From the NCBI RefSeq assembly GCF_001194135.2, contig NC_068988.1:82336599-82400598 (forward strand): DNA of 64,000 nt. The letters run 5' to 3'. Each line of letters begins with the position of its first letter. Positions within the stretch are counted from its first letter, which is position 1. This document shows positions 25,231 to 38,420 of the stretch, in pieces. This DNA comes from Octopus bimaculoides (lineage: Eukaryota). The translations under genes were made by a program, and so were the position numbers. The notes beneath the pieces are model-generated. The model was not told the DNA's origin and searched no databases. It saw only the letters and a program-made list of their open reading frames with translations.

Positions 25231-26850
25231 ATAAGTCTTCTAAAGCACAACGTTGCCCGATGATTCAAGGTTACTTTTAAATGGGCTGGTTATGCGACAC
25301 TGGTATAGGCTCTGGCTGTGATCTCACTTTACTTGCCGGGTCTTCTCAGTCACAGCATATCTCCAAAGGTCTCAGTCTCTTGTCATTGCCTCTGTGAGGC
25401 CCAACGTTTGAATGTTGTGCTTCACCACCTCATCCCATGTCTTCCTGGGTCTCCCTCTTCCACAGGTTCCTACCACTATTAGGGTATGACACTGCACACA
25501 GCTCTCCTCATCCATATACAGCACATGACCATACCAGTGCAGTTGTCTCTCTTGTACATCACATCTGATTCTTCTTATGCCCAACATTTCTCTCAGGGCG
25601 CTTACACTCTGTTGTGTGTGCACACTGACATTACACATCCAGCGAATCATACTAGCTTCATTTCTTTCAAGCTTATTTATGTCCTCAACAGTTATGGCCT
25701 ATATTTCACTGCCATGTAGCATAGCTGTTCACACACATGCACCATACAGTCTACCTTTCACTCTGAGCGTGAGGCCCTTCGTTACCCGTAAAGGTAGGAG
25801 CTTTCTGAATTTTTCCCAGGCTATTCTTATACTAGTGGCAATGCTCTCAGAACATTCACCCCCACTATAGACTTGGTCACCTAGCTAGCAGAAGCTATCA
25901 ACTACTTCTATTTTCTTCCCCTGGCATGTGATGGAATCTGTTTTCTGAACATCTTTGGTGTTTACTGCCCCTGTGCATCTGTCGCACACAAAACTATCGT
26001 CCCGGTTAACCTTCCTTTGATATTGCTGCACCTCTTATGTGTCCATAGCTTACACTGGATGCATCTTATGGAGTTTCTGCTTACACATTTTCGACAAATT
26101 GAGCAGCGCCATCTACTTGAAGGGGTTTGTGATATGTCTGCCTTCCACCTTACTAGAACTTTGGTTTTTGCTACATTGACTCTAGAGCCCTTCGACTCCA
26201 GACATTGCATCCACACCTGAAATTTCTTCTCTAGTTCTGGTAGTGATTCAGCTATAAGAGCAAGGTCATCAGCATAGTGGAGCTTCCAGATGCAACCTGG
26301 CTTGAATTCCTCTGTTATTGCCTGGAGGACTATGATGAATAAGAGGGGGCTGAGGATTAACCCTTGGTGAACTCCTACTTCTTCACTATACTCATTGCCA
26401 ACACTCCCCTTACTGACAGCATCCGTGTACAGAGCTTATACAGCTCTTACTAAACACTCATCTCTCCCTAGTTTCCATATTGCCCACAAGATAACGGATC
26501 GGAGGACCCTGTCAAAGGCTTTCTCCAAGTCAATGAAAGCCAAGTACAGAGGTTTATCTTTGGCCAGGTATTTCTCCTGCAGTTGCCTTACGAGAAATAT
26601 AGCCCCAGTGGTGCTTCTACTTGGCACAAAACCAGACTGCATCTCATCCAGGCTAACTCTTTCCCTAATTAGTTGGGCTATGACCCTCTCCGTGACCTTC
26701 ATCATCTGATCCAGCAATTTGATATTCCTGTAGCTATTTCTATCTAAAGCATCACCTTTACCTTTGTAGCAGCTGCTACACCAGTCATTGGGTGTGACTC
26801 CTTCATGAACTATCTGATTAATAATTCGGGTGACTAGACTATAACCCACA
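25230..26850 (-). mobile_element. RTE LINE, 5'-truncated, minus strand
   Basis: ORFs with CYKGKGDALDRNSYR, IFLVRQLQEKYLAKDKPLYLAFIDLEKAFDRV and GRGRPRKTWDEV. Confidence 0.92.
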
Positions 26851-27159
26851 CACCAAGTCATGGCTGATACTGGTGTCACATAACTGACACCCATGCCGGT
26901 GGCACATAAAGAGCACCTTAAAGCATTGGGCCTCACGGGGGGAAAAGTAGCTGATACCAGTGGCACATGAAAAGCTCCTTTTGAGTGTGGGCCTCACCGA
27001 GTCAATGACCAAGACCTTTGACATAATGTCATGTTTGAGAAGAAGACCAATCAAGCCAAGCAAAATCGCAGTCATGACAGATATCAGTGTGACGCAAATG
27101 ACAGCCATGCCCATGGCACGTAAAAGCATCTGTTAAACTCTCAGAGTGGTTAGCTTTAG

Positions 27160-30100
27160 GAAGGGCTTCGAACCTATTAATCTGCAACACCAATTTCAGG
27201 AAGCCAGCCAGCCACCTGATAACCTATCAATCAGGTCAATCTGCTAGATTGATTTCATTCTCACCAGACAGTGGGATGCATGGTTGCTCTTAAATGCAAA
27301 GACTTTCCCTAGTGAAGAATGTACCCACCAGCATAGACTAGTTATTAGCTACTTTAGACTCCAGGCCAGAATGCCAAGAAACAGACCAATCCAGAAAAGA
27401 AGGATTTGGAAGCTTAAGGACCCTTCATATGGTCAGAGATTTAGGGACATCCTAATTGAGAAATTTGATGATAGGGAGGAGGAGCTACAAACTTGTGACA
27501 TAGAGGGAAACTAGTAATTCCTGCAGGATAGCTTGCTAACTGTCACAGACCAAATCTGTGGCTGGTGCAAAGTCCCTTCCAGACTTAAGATAACGTGGTA
27601 GTAGAACAATACCGTAGACAGGGTCATTAGAGCAAGAAATAGGTCTGGAAGAGTGGGGGAAGCAAGGAACTGTATCAGATAGCCAGGAGGGAAGCTAGGA
27701 GACAGGTATATCTAGCCAAGGGAGAAGCAGAAAAGAAGAAGTTTGCCTATGTTCAGCACCATGAGGACCAATGAACTGAAATATTTTGGATTGCAAGACA
27801 GTGTGTGAGAGAAAATTGTGATGTTACAGGAGAGAAATGTGTCTGCATGGATGATGGTGTACTTGCTTTTAATAATTCTGCAAAGAAAGAGGCTTGGAGA
27901 AGCCATTATGAAAGGCTGCTGAATGTGAAGATTGAATGGGAGGAGGAGAGTCTGCCAAATGTTGATCCAACTGAGGGACCAGCTATCCGAATTGACAGTA
28001 CCCTGGAAGATAAAGTAATTAAGGATATGAAGACAGGAAAAGACCCTGGCCCATCAGGAATCACTGCTGAGATGCTTAAAATATTGGGCAGTGTGAGTTA
28101 TGGTCTAGTTACCTGTATTGTAAATCAGGTAGTTCATGAAGGCATCATACCCAATGACTGGTGTAGCAGCACCATAGTCAACTGCTACAAAGGTAAAGGT
28201 GATGCCTTAGATGGAAATAATTACAGAGGTATAAAATTGTTGGATCAGGTGATGAAAGTTGCAGAGAGAATCATAGCCTAACTAATCAGAGAGAGAGTTA
28301 GTCTAGATGAGATGCAGTTTGTATTTATGCCAGGTAGAAGCACTACTGATGCTATATTTCTGGTAAGGCAACTGCAGTAGAAATACCTAGCCTAAAATAA
28401 ACCTCTGTATTTGGCTTTTGTTGACTTGGAGAAAGCTTTTGACATGGTTCCCCAATCCATTATCTGGTGGCCAATGTTGAAACTCGGGATAGACGACTGG
28501 TTGGTGAGAGCTGTACAAACCTTGTACAGGGACGCTACCAGTAAGGTAAGGGTGGGCAAAGAGTACAGCGAAGAATTCAGGGTACAAGTAGGGGTTCACC
28601 AAGGATCATTGCTCAGCCCCCTCTTGTTCATCAAAGTCCTCCAGGCAATAACAGAAATTCAAGACAGGCTGCCCTTGGGAGCTCCTCTATGCTGATAGCT
28701 TTGCTCTTATAGCTGAATCACTACCTGAGATAGAGAAGAAGTTTCAGGTGTGGAAGCAAGGTCTAGAATCGAAGGGCCTTAGAGTTAACCTAGCAAAAAC
28801 CAAACTCTTAGTAAGTAGGAAGGCAGACAAATCACAAATCCCTTCAGGTAGATGGCCTTGTTCAATCTGTAGAAAAGGTGTAGGTAGAAACTCCATATGA
28901 TGCACCCAGTGTAAGCTTTGGACACATAAAAGGTGCCTGCAACATCAAAGGAACATTAACAGAGAAACTATCTTTTGTATGTGGAAGGTGCACAGGCATA
29001 ATAAATGCTGAACATGTGCAGAAAATAGACTCCATCAACTGCCAAGGGCGTAAGCTAGAAGTAGTAGATAGCTTCTGGTATTTAGGCAACCAAGTTAGTA
29101 GTGGAGGTGGTTGTTCCAAGTGTGTAGCTCTGAGAATAAGATTAGGCTGGGCAAAGTTCAGAATGCTCCCACCCTTGCTGGCAACAAAGGGCCTCTCTCT
29201 CAGAGTGGAAAGCAGATTGTTTGATACCTGTATGTGAACAGCTATGCTGCATAGCAGTGAAACATGGGCTGTGACAGCCAAGGAAATGCATAGGCTTGAA
29301 AGAAATGAAGACGGTATGTTTCATTGGATGTACAATGTCAGTGTACATTTTCAACAAAGTGTAAGCATATTGATGGAAAAGTTAGGCATAAGAGGAATCA
29401 GATGTGGTGTGCAAGAGAGACGACTTCACTGGTATGGTCATGTGACGCATATGGATGAGGACAGTTGTGTAAAGAAGTGCCGATCTCTAACTGTGGTGGG
29501 AACTTGAAGTAGAGGTAGACCCAGGAAGACATGGGACGAGGTGGTTAAGCATGATCTTAAAACTTTGAACCTCACAGAAGCAATGACTAGTGACTGAAAC
29601 CTTTGGCAATATGCTCTGCTTAAAAGGACCCATCAAGCCAAGTGCTTCCATGCTGGCTGCACATAAAAAAAACAACCTTTGAACATTGGGCCTCATGAAG
29701 GCTAAGTGGTTGAGTTCCTTTTGAGCATTAGGCCAAATGGAGGCATAGTGGCTGAGTTCCTTTTGAGGGTTAGCCCACATGGAGGCATAGTGGCTGAGTT
29801 CCTTTCGAGCATTGGGCCTCATGGAGGCAAAGTGGCTGAGTTCTTTTTGAGTGTTGGGCTGCACAGAGGCAATGACCAAGACCTTTGGCATTATGTCGTG
29901 CTTGAGAAGAAGACTTATCAAGCTGAACAAAATTGCAGTTGTAGCAGATACTGGTGTCATACAAATGGCACCCATGCCAGTGGCACGTAAAATCACTCAT
30001 TACACACTCAGAGTGGTTGGTGTTAGGAAGGGCATCCAGCCATAGAAAGCCATGCCAAATCCAACTAGAGCCTGGCACAGCCTTCCAGCATGCCAGCCCA

Positions 30101-30160
30101 GTCAAACCCTCCAACCCATGGCAGCATGGACAACAGAAGTTAAATAATGATGATGATGAT
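27160..30160 (+). mobile_element. RTE LINE (APE endonuclease end, RT and 3' UTR), decayed
   Basis: CNTNFRKP, GPSGITAEMLK, KGDALDGNNYRGIKLL, AFVDLEKAFD, VHQGSLLSP motifs. Confidence 0.93.
29700..29870. repeat. 42-bp tandem repeat (about 4 units) in the RTE 3' region
   Basis: gagtt-anchored units begin at 29712, 29754, 29796 and 29838. Confidence 0.9.
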
Positions 30161-30184
30161 GTATATNNNNNNNNNNTACATATA

Positions 30185-31432
30185 CACATTGTTTTTGATT
30201 TTGTCAACTACACAGCATAGTAGGCTCAGTTGGGCACGATCTGCAAGAAAAACAGCACCATGACACAATTCACTCCATAAGAAATTTGGAAATGACATGT
30301 TGTACTGCTTGGCATCTGTGCCAGAAACTCCAATACAAACATTTTAGGTGGTTGGGTGTCTGTCTGAGGACAGTGCAGAGGATTCGGAAATTGTTGGATG
30401 GGTCTAATGGGGATTACAAAGGTAGTGCAGCTCAGAAAACTCACTCTGTTTATTCTGATAAGAAAAGAACTCTTGAATTTGTTGGTGAGATCCAGGCCAT
30501 GACTGACAACAATTCCTCCATGTCAATCAGGTCTATCATATGGAAGTGTCTGAGTTCCTTATCAGGCAGGTAATGCATGAAGACATTCAGTATTCCTCAA
30601 ACAAGATGAGAACGGGCCAATTTTTATCCCAAGCTATCAAGGACAAGAGGAAAGACCATGTTATGAAGCTTTTGAAGAAACTCAAGCATCCCCTCCAAAT
30701 GAACATGCTTAGGTTTTTCTCGGACGAGAAAGATTTCTGCCAGGATCAGATGGTGAACACACAGAACAACCTTTGGTTTGCCATATCACCAAAACATGTA
30801 CCGAGAGTGATAAAAATCAAACAACCAGTCAACATTATGGTGTTTGGACTGATTACTAGTGATGATGATGTTATGTCTACATTCATCTTCCCACTCAGCC
30901 TTTGACTCAACATGGAGGCCTACATCAAATGCCTGGAGGAGGTAGTACTGCCCTGGGTCAAGAAGGTGGCTGCAGGAAGATCCTATGTCTGGCAACAGAG
31001 CTTGCACCATGCCACACAAGCAAGAGAACCCTGTTATGGCAGTCAGACAATTTCTGCAACCACATCACCCCTAACACATGGCCATCTAACTCCCCAAACT
31101 GTAACACCCCCTCCCCTGACTATTATGTATGGGTGCAGTTGAGCACAAGACCAACAAAATTCCTTGTAACACTAAAGATGAACTGAAGGCAAGGATTATG
31201 GCAGCATACACCAACTTAAACAAGGAGACCCTCCAGAAGACTTGCCGAAGATTCCAAAGTCGCCTGGAGGTCATGGTTGAAGCCAATGGTGATTTTATTG
31301 AATAAACTTACTCTTTAATATTTCAAGATATTTTTATGTAATTTTGGTAAATAGATCTGTTAAAATGAGATTTCAGTGTTATTTTCATTTTTGCATAATT
31401 TAGACGACAATTCATTCACCGCACACTTGTAT
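30185..31432 (+). mobile_element. Tc1-like DNA transposon, near full length, decayed
   Basis: RFFSDEKDFCQDQMVNTQNN, VWQQ..APCHTSKRT and WPSNSPNCN..DYYVW motifs; ends in TA next to a microsatellite. Confidence 0.9.
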
Positions 31433-31459
31433 AGATGCATACATGCATACAAACATGCA

Positions 31460-31493
<34 letters not shown>

Positions 31494-31641
31494 CATACAT
31501 ATATACATGCATGCATGCATACATACATACATACATACATGCATACATACATACATGCATACATACATACATATATGTGTGTGTGTATATGCATACATAT
31601 ACATGTATATAGAGATAGAAACAGATACATACATACATACA

Positions 31642-31674
<33 letters not shown>

Positions 31675-31842
31675 CCTTTAAGTTCATTTACTGGAAACGT
31701 TTTTTAGTATGCCTATAAAAGCTCCAGTTTTATTATGTCAGCTACAGCCTAACGATACTAACTTGCAATAACAGTTTTATGGGGTTGTACTGAGCTATAC
31801 TGATATAATGTAGGATAAATATAGTAATAATCATAATAATGA

Positions 31843-32300
31843 TTTCAGATTTTCGCACAAGGCCAGCAATTTTGGGGGAGGGGGTAAGTCAATTATACTG
31901 ACCCTAGCATTCAACTGGTACTTACTTTATGGACCCCAAAAGGATGAAAGGCAAAGTCGACCTTGATGGAATTTGAACTCAGAGCATTAAGACAGACAAA
32001 ACGCTGCTAAGCATTTCACCCAGCATGCGAATGATTCTGTCAACTTTCCGCCTTGTAATAATAATAATAATAATAATAATAATCCTTTCTACTATAGGCA
32101 CAAGGCCTGAAATTTGGTGGGGAGAGGGCCAGTCCATTAGATCAACCCTAGTATGCAACTGGTACTTAATTTATTGACCCCCAAAAGGATAAAAGGCAAA
32201 GTCGACCTCAGCAGAATTTGATCTCAGAACATTGCAATGGATGAAATACCACTAAGCATTTCATCCAGCATGCTAACAACTCTGCCAGCTCACCGCCTTG
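31843..32300 (-). mobile_element. Two tandem tRNA-derived SINE copies
   Basis: Reverse complements of the 3615-4065 family, separated by (AAT)n. Confidence 0.8.
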
Positions 32301-33547
32301 TAATAATAATAATGATAATCATAATTCATGGATTATACATATATATACATATATAACAAAACTGAGTTGGTTCCAAAATTATTTATTTATGTCATTCTTA
32401 TACCTGTTCCAGTGAAGACTATGTGATCAAATTATATAATCTTGGCAAGGTGTACATATAATATTTTCACATCAACAGAGATTATTTCACAATGTGCTTC
32501 TGTAGCTTTTCGTGACTAACATAATAAAAGATTTGGAGAAAAAAGTATTAGCAAAGGTAATAAAATAGTAAAACCTTAGATTCTAAGTATAAAGTGGTTG
32601 TAGATATTATTACTTTAAAAGATAAATATCTATTTAACAATACAAAACAAGGCTAAATATGAGTATATCTCCACTGGGTTCAATTGTCAGCTAGTGACAG
32701 CATTATGATAGGGAGGTGTGATTGACCAAGCAAAATTCACTGACCTAGATTTTCTGTTGAACATATGGACAAATTCAGACAGATACACATTTTCACACTT
32801 AACATTTACAATTATATAAATATATACATATCTGTATGCATATATACGTACATACATGCACAGGCACACAATCGCACACACACACGTGCACGCGCACGCG
32901 CACACACACACACACACACATACACGCAATATATTTTTCTATTGAAAAGCTAATTCAAATGACGGTAACCAACAGCGGAGTCCTTCTCTATTCCTAGACT
33001 ACCAAGAGTACCAAATGACACTATAGTCACTATTATTTCTGCATGCTCAATATTACGATACAAAAGAAAGTTAAAGGAGGACAAGCTCTTCAATATCTAA
33101 GCACATTCTCTTTTACAGTATCTAATACACATGCTGAAAGCCCATCACTACTGTGACTACCAGCAGATGTAATTAATATTTCTTATAACCATGTAACTTG
33201 TAGTTTGGGTTACTTAGAACCTGTAAGCTGATCTTACCAGTTCTAAGCAACTAAAAGTACTAATAACTTCGCAATGGAAACAAATATTCATTTTTGTCTT
33301 TTACACATCCATTACAAACAAAACAAGACATTGTAAATGTTATACAGCTCCTTACCAATATAAACTCTGTAAGAATGTGAGATGTAGGTGAAGGAGGAGC
33401 AATTCAAGATGTTGTGATTGGTTAGCAGAGTGAAGACACAGAAATATTCATTTTTCTTTTGTTTATGTGTGAAGCAGCATTGTTGATAATCATTGCCAGA
33501 AGGTTCAGTGACTCCTGGTCCAATCAGCATGAATTACACCTAGGATG

Positions 33548-34050
33548 GTTAACCCCTGCATCACCATATCACCATATTTCTGTCAAAATACATTACTCTC
33601 ATTTCAATTCATTTTAAAGATAATGAAAAATTTAGTAAACGGATTTTTTCATTATTAAACAAGTGGCACTTGTGCTAGTGCTACGTTAAAAGCACTGATG
33701 CTGGTGCCACATAAAAAGCATCCAGTACACTCTGAGGAGTGGTTGGCATTATGAAAGGCATCCAGCCATAGAAACCTTGCCAGAACAAACAATAGAGCCT
33801 GGTTCGCCCCCCCCCCACCAGCCTTACCAGTTCCAGTCAATCAGTCCAACACATGCCAGCACAGAAAACAGACATTGGATGACGATGATGATGATGATGA
33901 CGACAACAACGACGACGACAACGACAATGATAACAATGATGATGATTGGAACATAAATTAACAGGAAATTCTGATGGAAGGTTTTGAATTATAACATTTT
34001 AAAACAAGAAGTTTGTATAATAGAACCAGGAATTGATTCAGGAAAGGTTG
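33548..34050. mobile_element. Probable TTAA/piggyBac-type MITE, itself interrupted by an RTE-tail SINE (33660-33900)
   Basis: Starts ttaaccc, ends aaaggttga, and interrupts the transposase frame. Confidence 0.4.
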
Positions 34051-34309
34051 ATGTCAAAAGAGTTATATGTTATTAGACAGCTTTATTGGAAGCTGAAGAG
34101 CTTTGTTAACTGCTCTTAATATAAAAATTGAAATTGACAAAACAGATTTTAAAGATCTTTAATTTTGGAGAAATTTTTTTTGTGTTTCCAAAGTCTGATA
34201 CCAAAGTCAAGGATGATATATTTGTTGGGACTCGTGTAAATGTGACACAAAAACCTAAAAAAAAAATTAGTGAGAAATTAGCAAAAATGAAAAGAAGATA
34301 TGACATGTT

Positions 34310-34496
34310 TTCTGAGAGGTAATATTTATCCCCACTTAAACATGGATGTTCTGTTAGAACTGCAGTACAGCAGTAAACAACAGTGCAATTTGTACCAAAG
34401 ATCAATATGTGAGTTTCTCTCATGGTATCTACACCAGTATAATTTGTTCTAAGAGAACATCCATGTTTAAGTGAGGTTAAATATTACCTCTCAGAA
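34310..34496. mobile_element. 187-bp palindromic MITE-like insertion with ~50-bp terminal inverted repeats
   Basis: ttctgagaggtaatattta..cacttaaacatggatgttct.ttagaac (34310-34359) is mirrored at 34446-34496. Confidence 0.75.
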
Positions 34497-35154
34497 TTAA
34501 TACTACCTCTGTCGCTAATATCTAGATGCATATACTATGTAGTGTAGCTTATATATTTCAAGGAATTTCTAAAGATCCTAACTACAGGGAGCTGATGGCA
34601 AAGTTTATTGGCCATTACAAGGCTGCCACATGCCTTCAAAAGTAGAATTCCTGCTTTCACCTCTTGATTTTTTTCCATGCAAATATAAAGATATATCAGA
34701 GAATAATTTAGATGACATCAGTGAGGCTCATAAGGAAACCTTTCACCAAGACAATACAACAATAAACAGAAGGTCTGTGTGTAAAAGGTAAAGATGAACA
34801 TTTGTTTCCATTGTGAAGTTATGAATACTTTTAGTTGCTTAGAACTGGTAAGATCAGCTTACAGGTTCTAAGTTACCCAAAGTACAAGTTACATGGTTAT
34901 AAGAAATATTAATTACATCTGCTGGTAGTTGCAGCAGTAGTAGGCTTTCACAATGTGTATTAGATACTGTAAAAGAGAATGTGCTTAGATATTGAAGAGC
35001 TTGTCCTCCTTTAACTTTCTTTTGTATTGTAACATTGAGCATGCAGAAATAATAGTGACTATAGTGTCATTTGGTATTCTTGGTAGTCTAGGAATAGAGA
35101 AGGACTTTACTGTTGATTATCAACATCATTCAAAATATTGCCCCATGAGGGATC

Positions 35155-35189
<35 letters not shown>

Positions 35190-35278
35190 NNNNNNNNNNN
35201 NNNNNNNNNNNNNNNNNNNNNNNNNNNNNNNNNNNNNNNNNNNNNNNNNNNNNNNNNNNNNNNNNNNNNNNNNNNNNN

Positions 35279-35326
<48 letters not shown>

Positions 35327-35544
35327 CTCTAGTTAGTAAAGGCATAATTGCTCACAACCTTCAAAACTTTTACATTTTAAAACTGTTTCCCATTTTCTAA
35401 GTGTGTCAATTATCTTATTTCTATTGGTACGATTTTGAACCAAGCAAACATAAAATTGATTTATATCTCTCTTATCTTTATCTTATATTTTTTATTTTCA
35501 TTCAAAGGAATAAAAAGGAAGCTAGTATCTGGTCCTAGATAATG

Positions 35545-35780
35545 GAAGCATTATATAAGGGGCATATTATATAATGGGCACATTATATAATACAATATAA
35601 TGTGTACATTACATGAAGCTTACTTTATATAAATACAATATAAAAGCAACATTATATACAAGGTACATTATATAAGGGATACTTTATACAAGGGTTTCGT
35701 TGTATAAAGGGTATATTATACAAATAGAATATAAATATGAAGGATACATTATACAAATATAAAACTAAACTTATTTGTAT
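35545..35780. repeat. Degenerate AT-rich minisatellite (gggtacattatataa-like units)
   Basis: Direct reading. Confidence 0.7.
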
Positions 35781-36112
35781 AAATATTGATAACAAGTAGA
35801 CCTCCTAGGTTTTGTTTAAACATCAGCCTAGGAGAAGGAAATTCTGAAATGATACCCATTCCATGGCAAAGCTGGAGATCTTGCTCCTACTTGTTTCTGG
35901 ACTACTTGGCTTAAAGGTGAAAGTCTTATTGGTGTTGTGCCAGCTGTTATTGACTTTAAATTTCAGCACAGTCATTGCCGACGACCATTGTCTTAAACAT
36001 CTAGGATAAGATAAATTGTCAGTGACAGTCATAATCATCTATGAGTTGACAGCTACAATGTATACACACACACAGATGGGGGGAGATGTGTGTGTGTAAT
36101 TGTGCGCGTGTG

Positions 36113-36153
<41 letters not shown>

Positions 36154-36552
36154 ATTACTGCAACTTGCATATTTTGCATCTGAACCTTCCTAGACATGTT
36201 AATAAATATGCAAATGTATATATATGTATATATATATACATACATACATACATACATACATATATGTATATATNNNNNNNNNNNNNNNNNNNNNNNNNNN
36301 NNNNNNNNNNNNNNNNNNNNNNNNNNNNNNNNNNNNNNNNNNNNNNNNNNNNNNNNNNNNNNNNNNNNNNNNNNNNNNNNNNNNNNNNNNNNNNNNNNNN
36401 NNNNNNNNNNNNNNNNNNNNNNNNNNNNNNNNNNNNNNNNNNNNNNNNNNNNNNNNNNNNNNNNNNNNNNNNNNNNNNNNNNNNNNNNNNNNNNNNNNNN
36501 NNNNNNNNNNNNNNNNNNNNNNNNNNNNNNNNNNNNNNNNNNNNNNNNNNNN

Positions 36553-37140
36553 CCAATATCCCCCCCAGCCTAGGAGTAGAGGCAATTCAATTCTGGCTAG
36601 AGAATTATGCCAATGAACTCCCACATTGCATCAATAAAGATTTTATAATAGAAGGGCTAAAATTCATCTTGGAAAATAACTACTTTGTCTTCAAAGGCAA
36701 CTCCTATCAACAAAAATTGGGCACTACAATGGGTACGAGAATGACCCCCCCCCCTCCTTTACTAACCAAGTCATGGGTTAGCTAGAAATCAGTCTTTATC
36801 ATAAAGTACTACAAAAATACGGCAACCCATTCTCCCTCTACATCGAAAATAACTGGAAGAGGTACTTTGGATGACTGTTTCATTCTTTGGCATGAAAGTA
36901 TAGAGAAACTTAAAGAATTTTAAGCACTTATAAATGGACTTGATGTAAACATTCAATTCATGATGGAATATAGCTATCAACAACTTCCTTTCCTTGACAT
37001 CCTCAAAAAAGAATCTAACAATGAAATAGAAACAGATATATACTATAAGCCCACGGACTCCAAGCAATATCTACCATTCGACTCATGCTGCCCCAGACAC
37101 ACTAGAATGAATGTCCCTTTGAACCTAGCAATTTATAGAA
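36553..37140 (+). mobile_element. Penelope-like element RT fragment (Neptune-like)
   Basis: LKFILENNYFVF..QQKLGTTMGTRM, WKRY(L)DD, LPFLDI..TDIYYKPTDSKQYLPFDSC.PRHT. Confidence 0.85.
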
Positions 37141-37149
37141 ATTTATAGA

Positions 37150-38420
37150 AATTAGTACACAAGATAAGGACATAATCTTCCATGCTAGAAAGACTTTACT
37201 CTTCACTGCGAATGCAGAGTGGGTCAAGACTACCGATACAGAGGGTGCTTTCGATGTGAGCATGGGATCAAATGATGGAGCAGGCATATGCGATTTCATT
37301 GGACTATTCCTATTCAATAAGTTGGGTAAGACTTTTCCTGGTGTATATTTCACCATTTACAAAGATGATGCCCTAGCTTTAACCACAAATACCAATGGAC
37401 CAGCCAAGATCAGTTTAGGAAGGACATTATCCAAATGATGAAAGCTTTCGGTCTTAGCATAACTACAGATACCAACCTGACGGTTGTTAATTTCCTAGAT
37501 GTATCCTTAGATTTAAATAAGAATATTTACAAACCTTATAGGAAGCCCAATGATAGACTTAGTTATATTAATGTAGGTTCCTGCCATCCCCTTATAGTGT
37601 TTAAGAATTCAGTTAAAAACATTAGCAAGAGAATTTCTAGCCTCTCCTCCAATAGAAACATTTTTAATAGTGTTGCCCCAATATATAATAAAGCTCTAAA
37701 AGATAGTGGATTTAGCGAGGAAATAACCTATACACCTGCCACCAGTCCAATAATAAAGAAAAGGAAACATAGGAATAGGAAAACTAATCTGGTTCACACC
37801 CCCTTACTCCCCCGAAGTGACCTTTAATATAGGTAAATATTTCTTATCACTTATAGATTGGCATTTTCTAATCAATCATAATTATAGAAAGCTCTTCAAT
37901 AGGCATAACCTAAAAATTAGTTTTAGCTCAACTACTAAATTTAAAAATATAATTGCACACAACACACAAAAACAACCAAATGAAACCAGCTGTTCATGCA
38001 GGGATAAAAATTTGTGCCCGCTATATGGAGCTTGCATGTCCGAGACCATCATTTATGAAGCCACCATAGACTCTACAACCACTGAGGACATAGTTTCATC
38101 AAAGAAATATGTGGGTCTCACAGAGGGGAATTTCAAAACCAGGTTCAACAATCACACCTTGAGCTTCAGACACTGGGAAAAAAGAAAAACAACAAAATTA
38201 TCCAGTTATATATGGTCCTTAAAAGAAAAAGGTGTCAACTATAACATCCATTGAAAGATCTTAGCCAAGTGTAAGCCTTACACCAACAGCAGTGGAAAGT
38301 GCAGTCTTTGTGATATGGAAAGATGGTTCATCTGGAAAAGCAGCTTAGACCCTGCTACATGTCTAAATTCAAGAACTGAATTTTTTTGATCACGTCCACA
38401 TATGGCTAAACATTTGTTAC
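37150..38420 (+). mobile_element. Penelope-like element RT core plus GIY-YIG endonuclease (Nematis-like), decayed
   Basis: FDVSMGSNDGAGIC, IYKDD, VNFLDVSLDL..YKPYRKPND, CSC..CPLYG.C, IIYEA..KYVGLTE..FKTRFNNH..SFRH, CSLC. Confidence 0.9.

Larger units (their letters stand above)
32966..34780 (+). mobile_element. Ancient Chapaev3-like (CMC) transposase relic with nested insertions
   Basis: Broken motifs LRNGNKY, KYSFFFCLC, FPKSDTKVKDDIFVG, GCHMPSKVEFLLSPLDFF and ISEAHKETFHQD, collinear with the LHNGNK..IFVGPQIR..MSLKxHFLxSHLDFF..GERFHQD pattern (assignment from recall). Confidence 0.65.

Noticed and set aside
37150-38420. TGA codons in the Penelope ORF as selenocysteine (as in Naiad elements)
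   Set aside because: The endonuclease is C-terminal, unlike Naiads, and the TGAs fall at a frameshift or Trp-like positions in a decayed copy.
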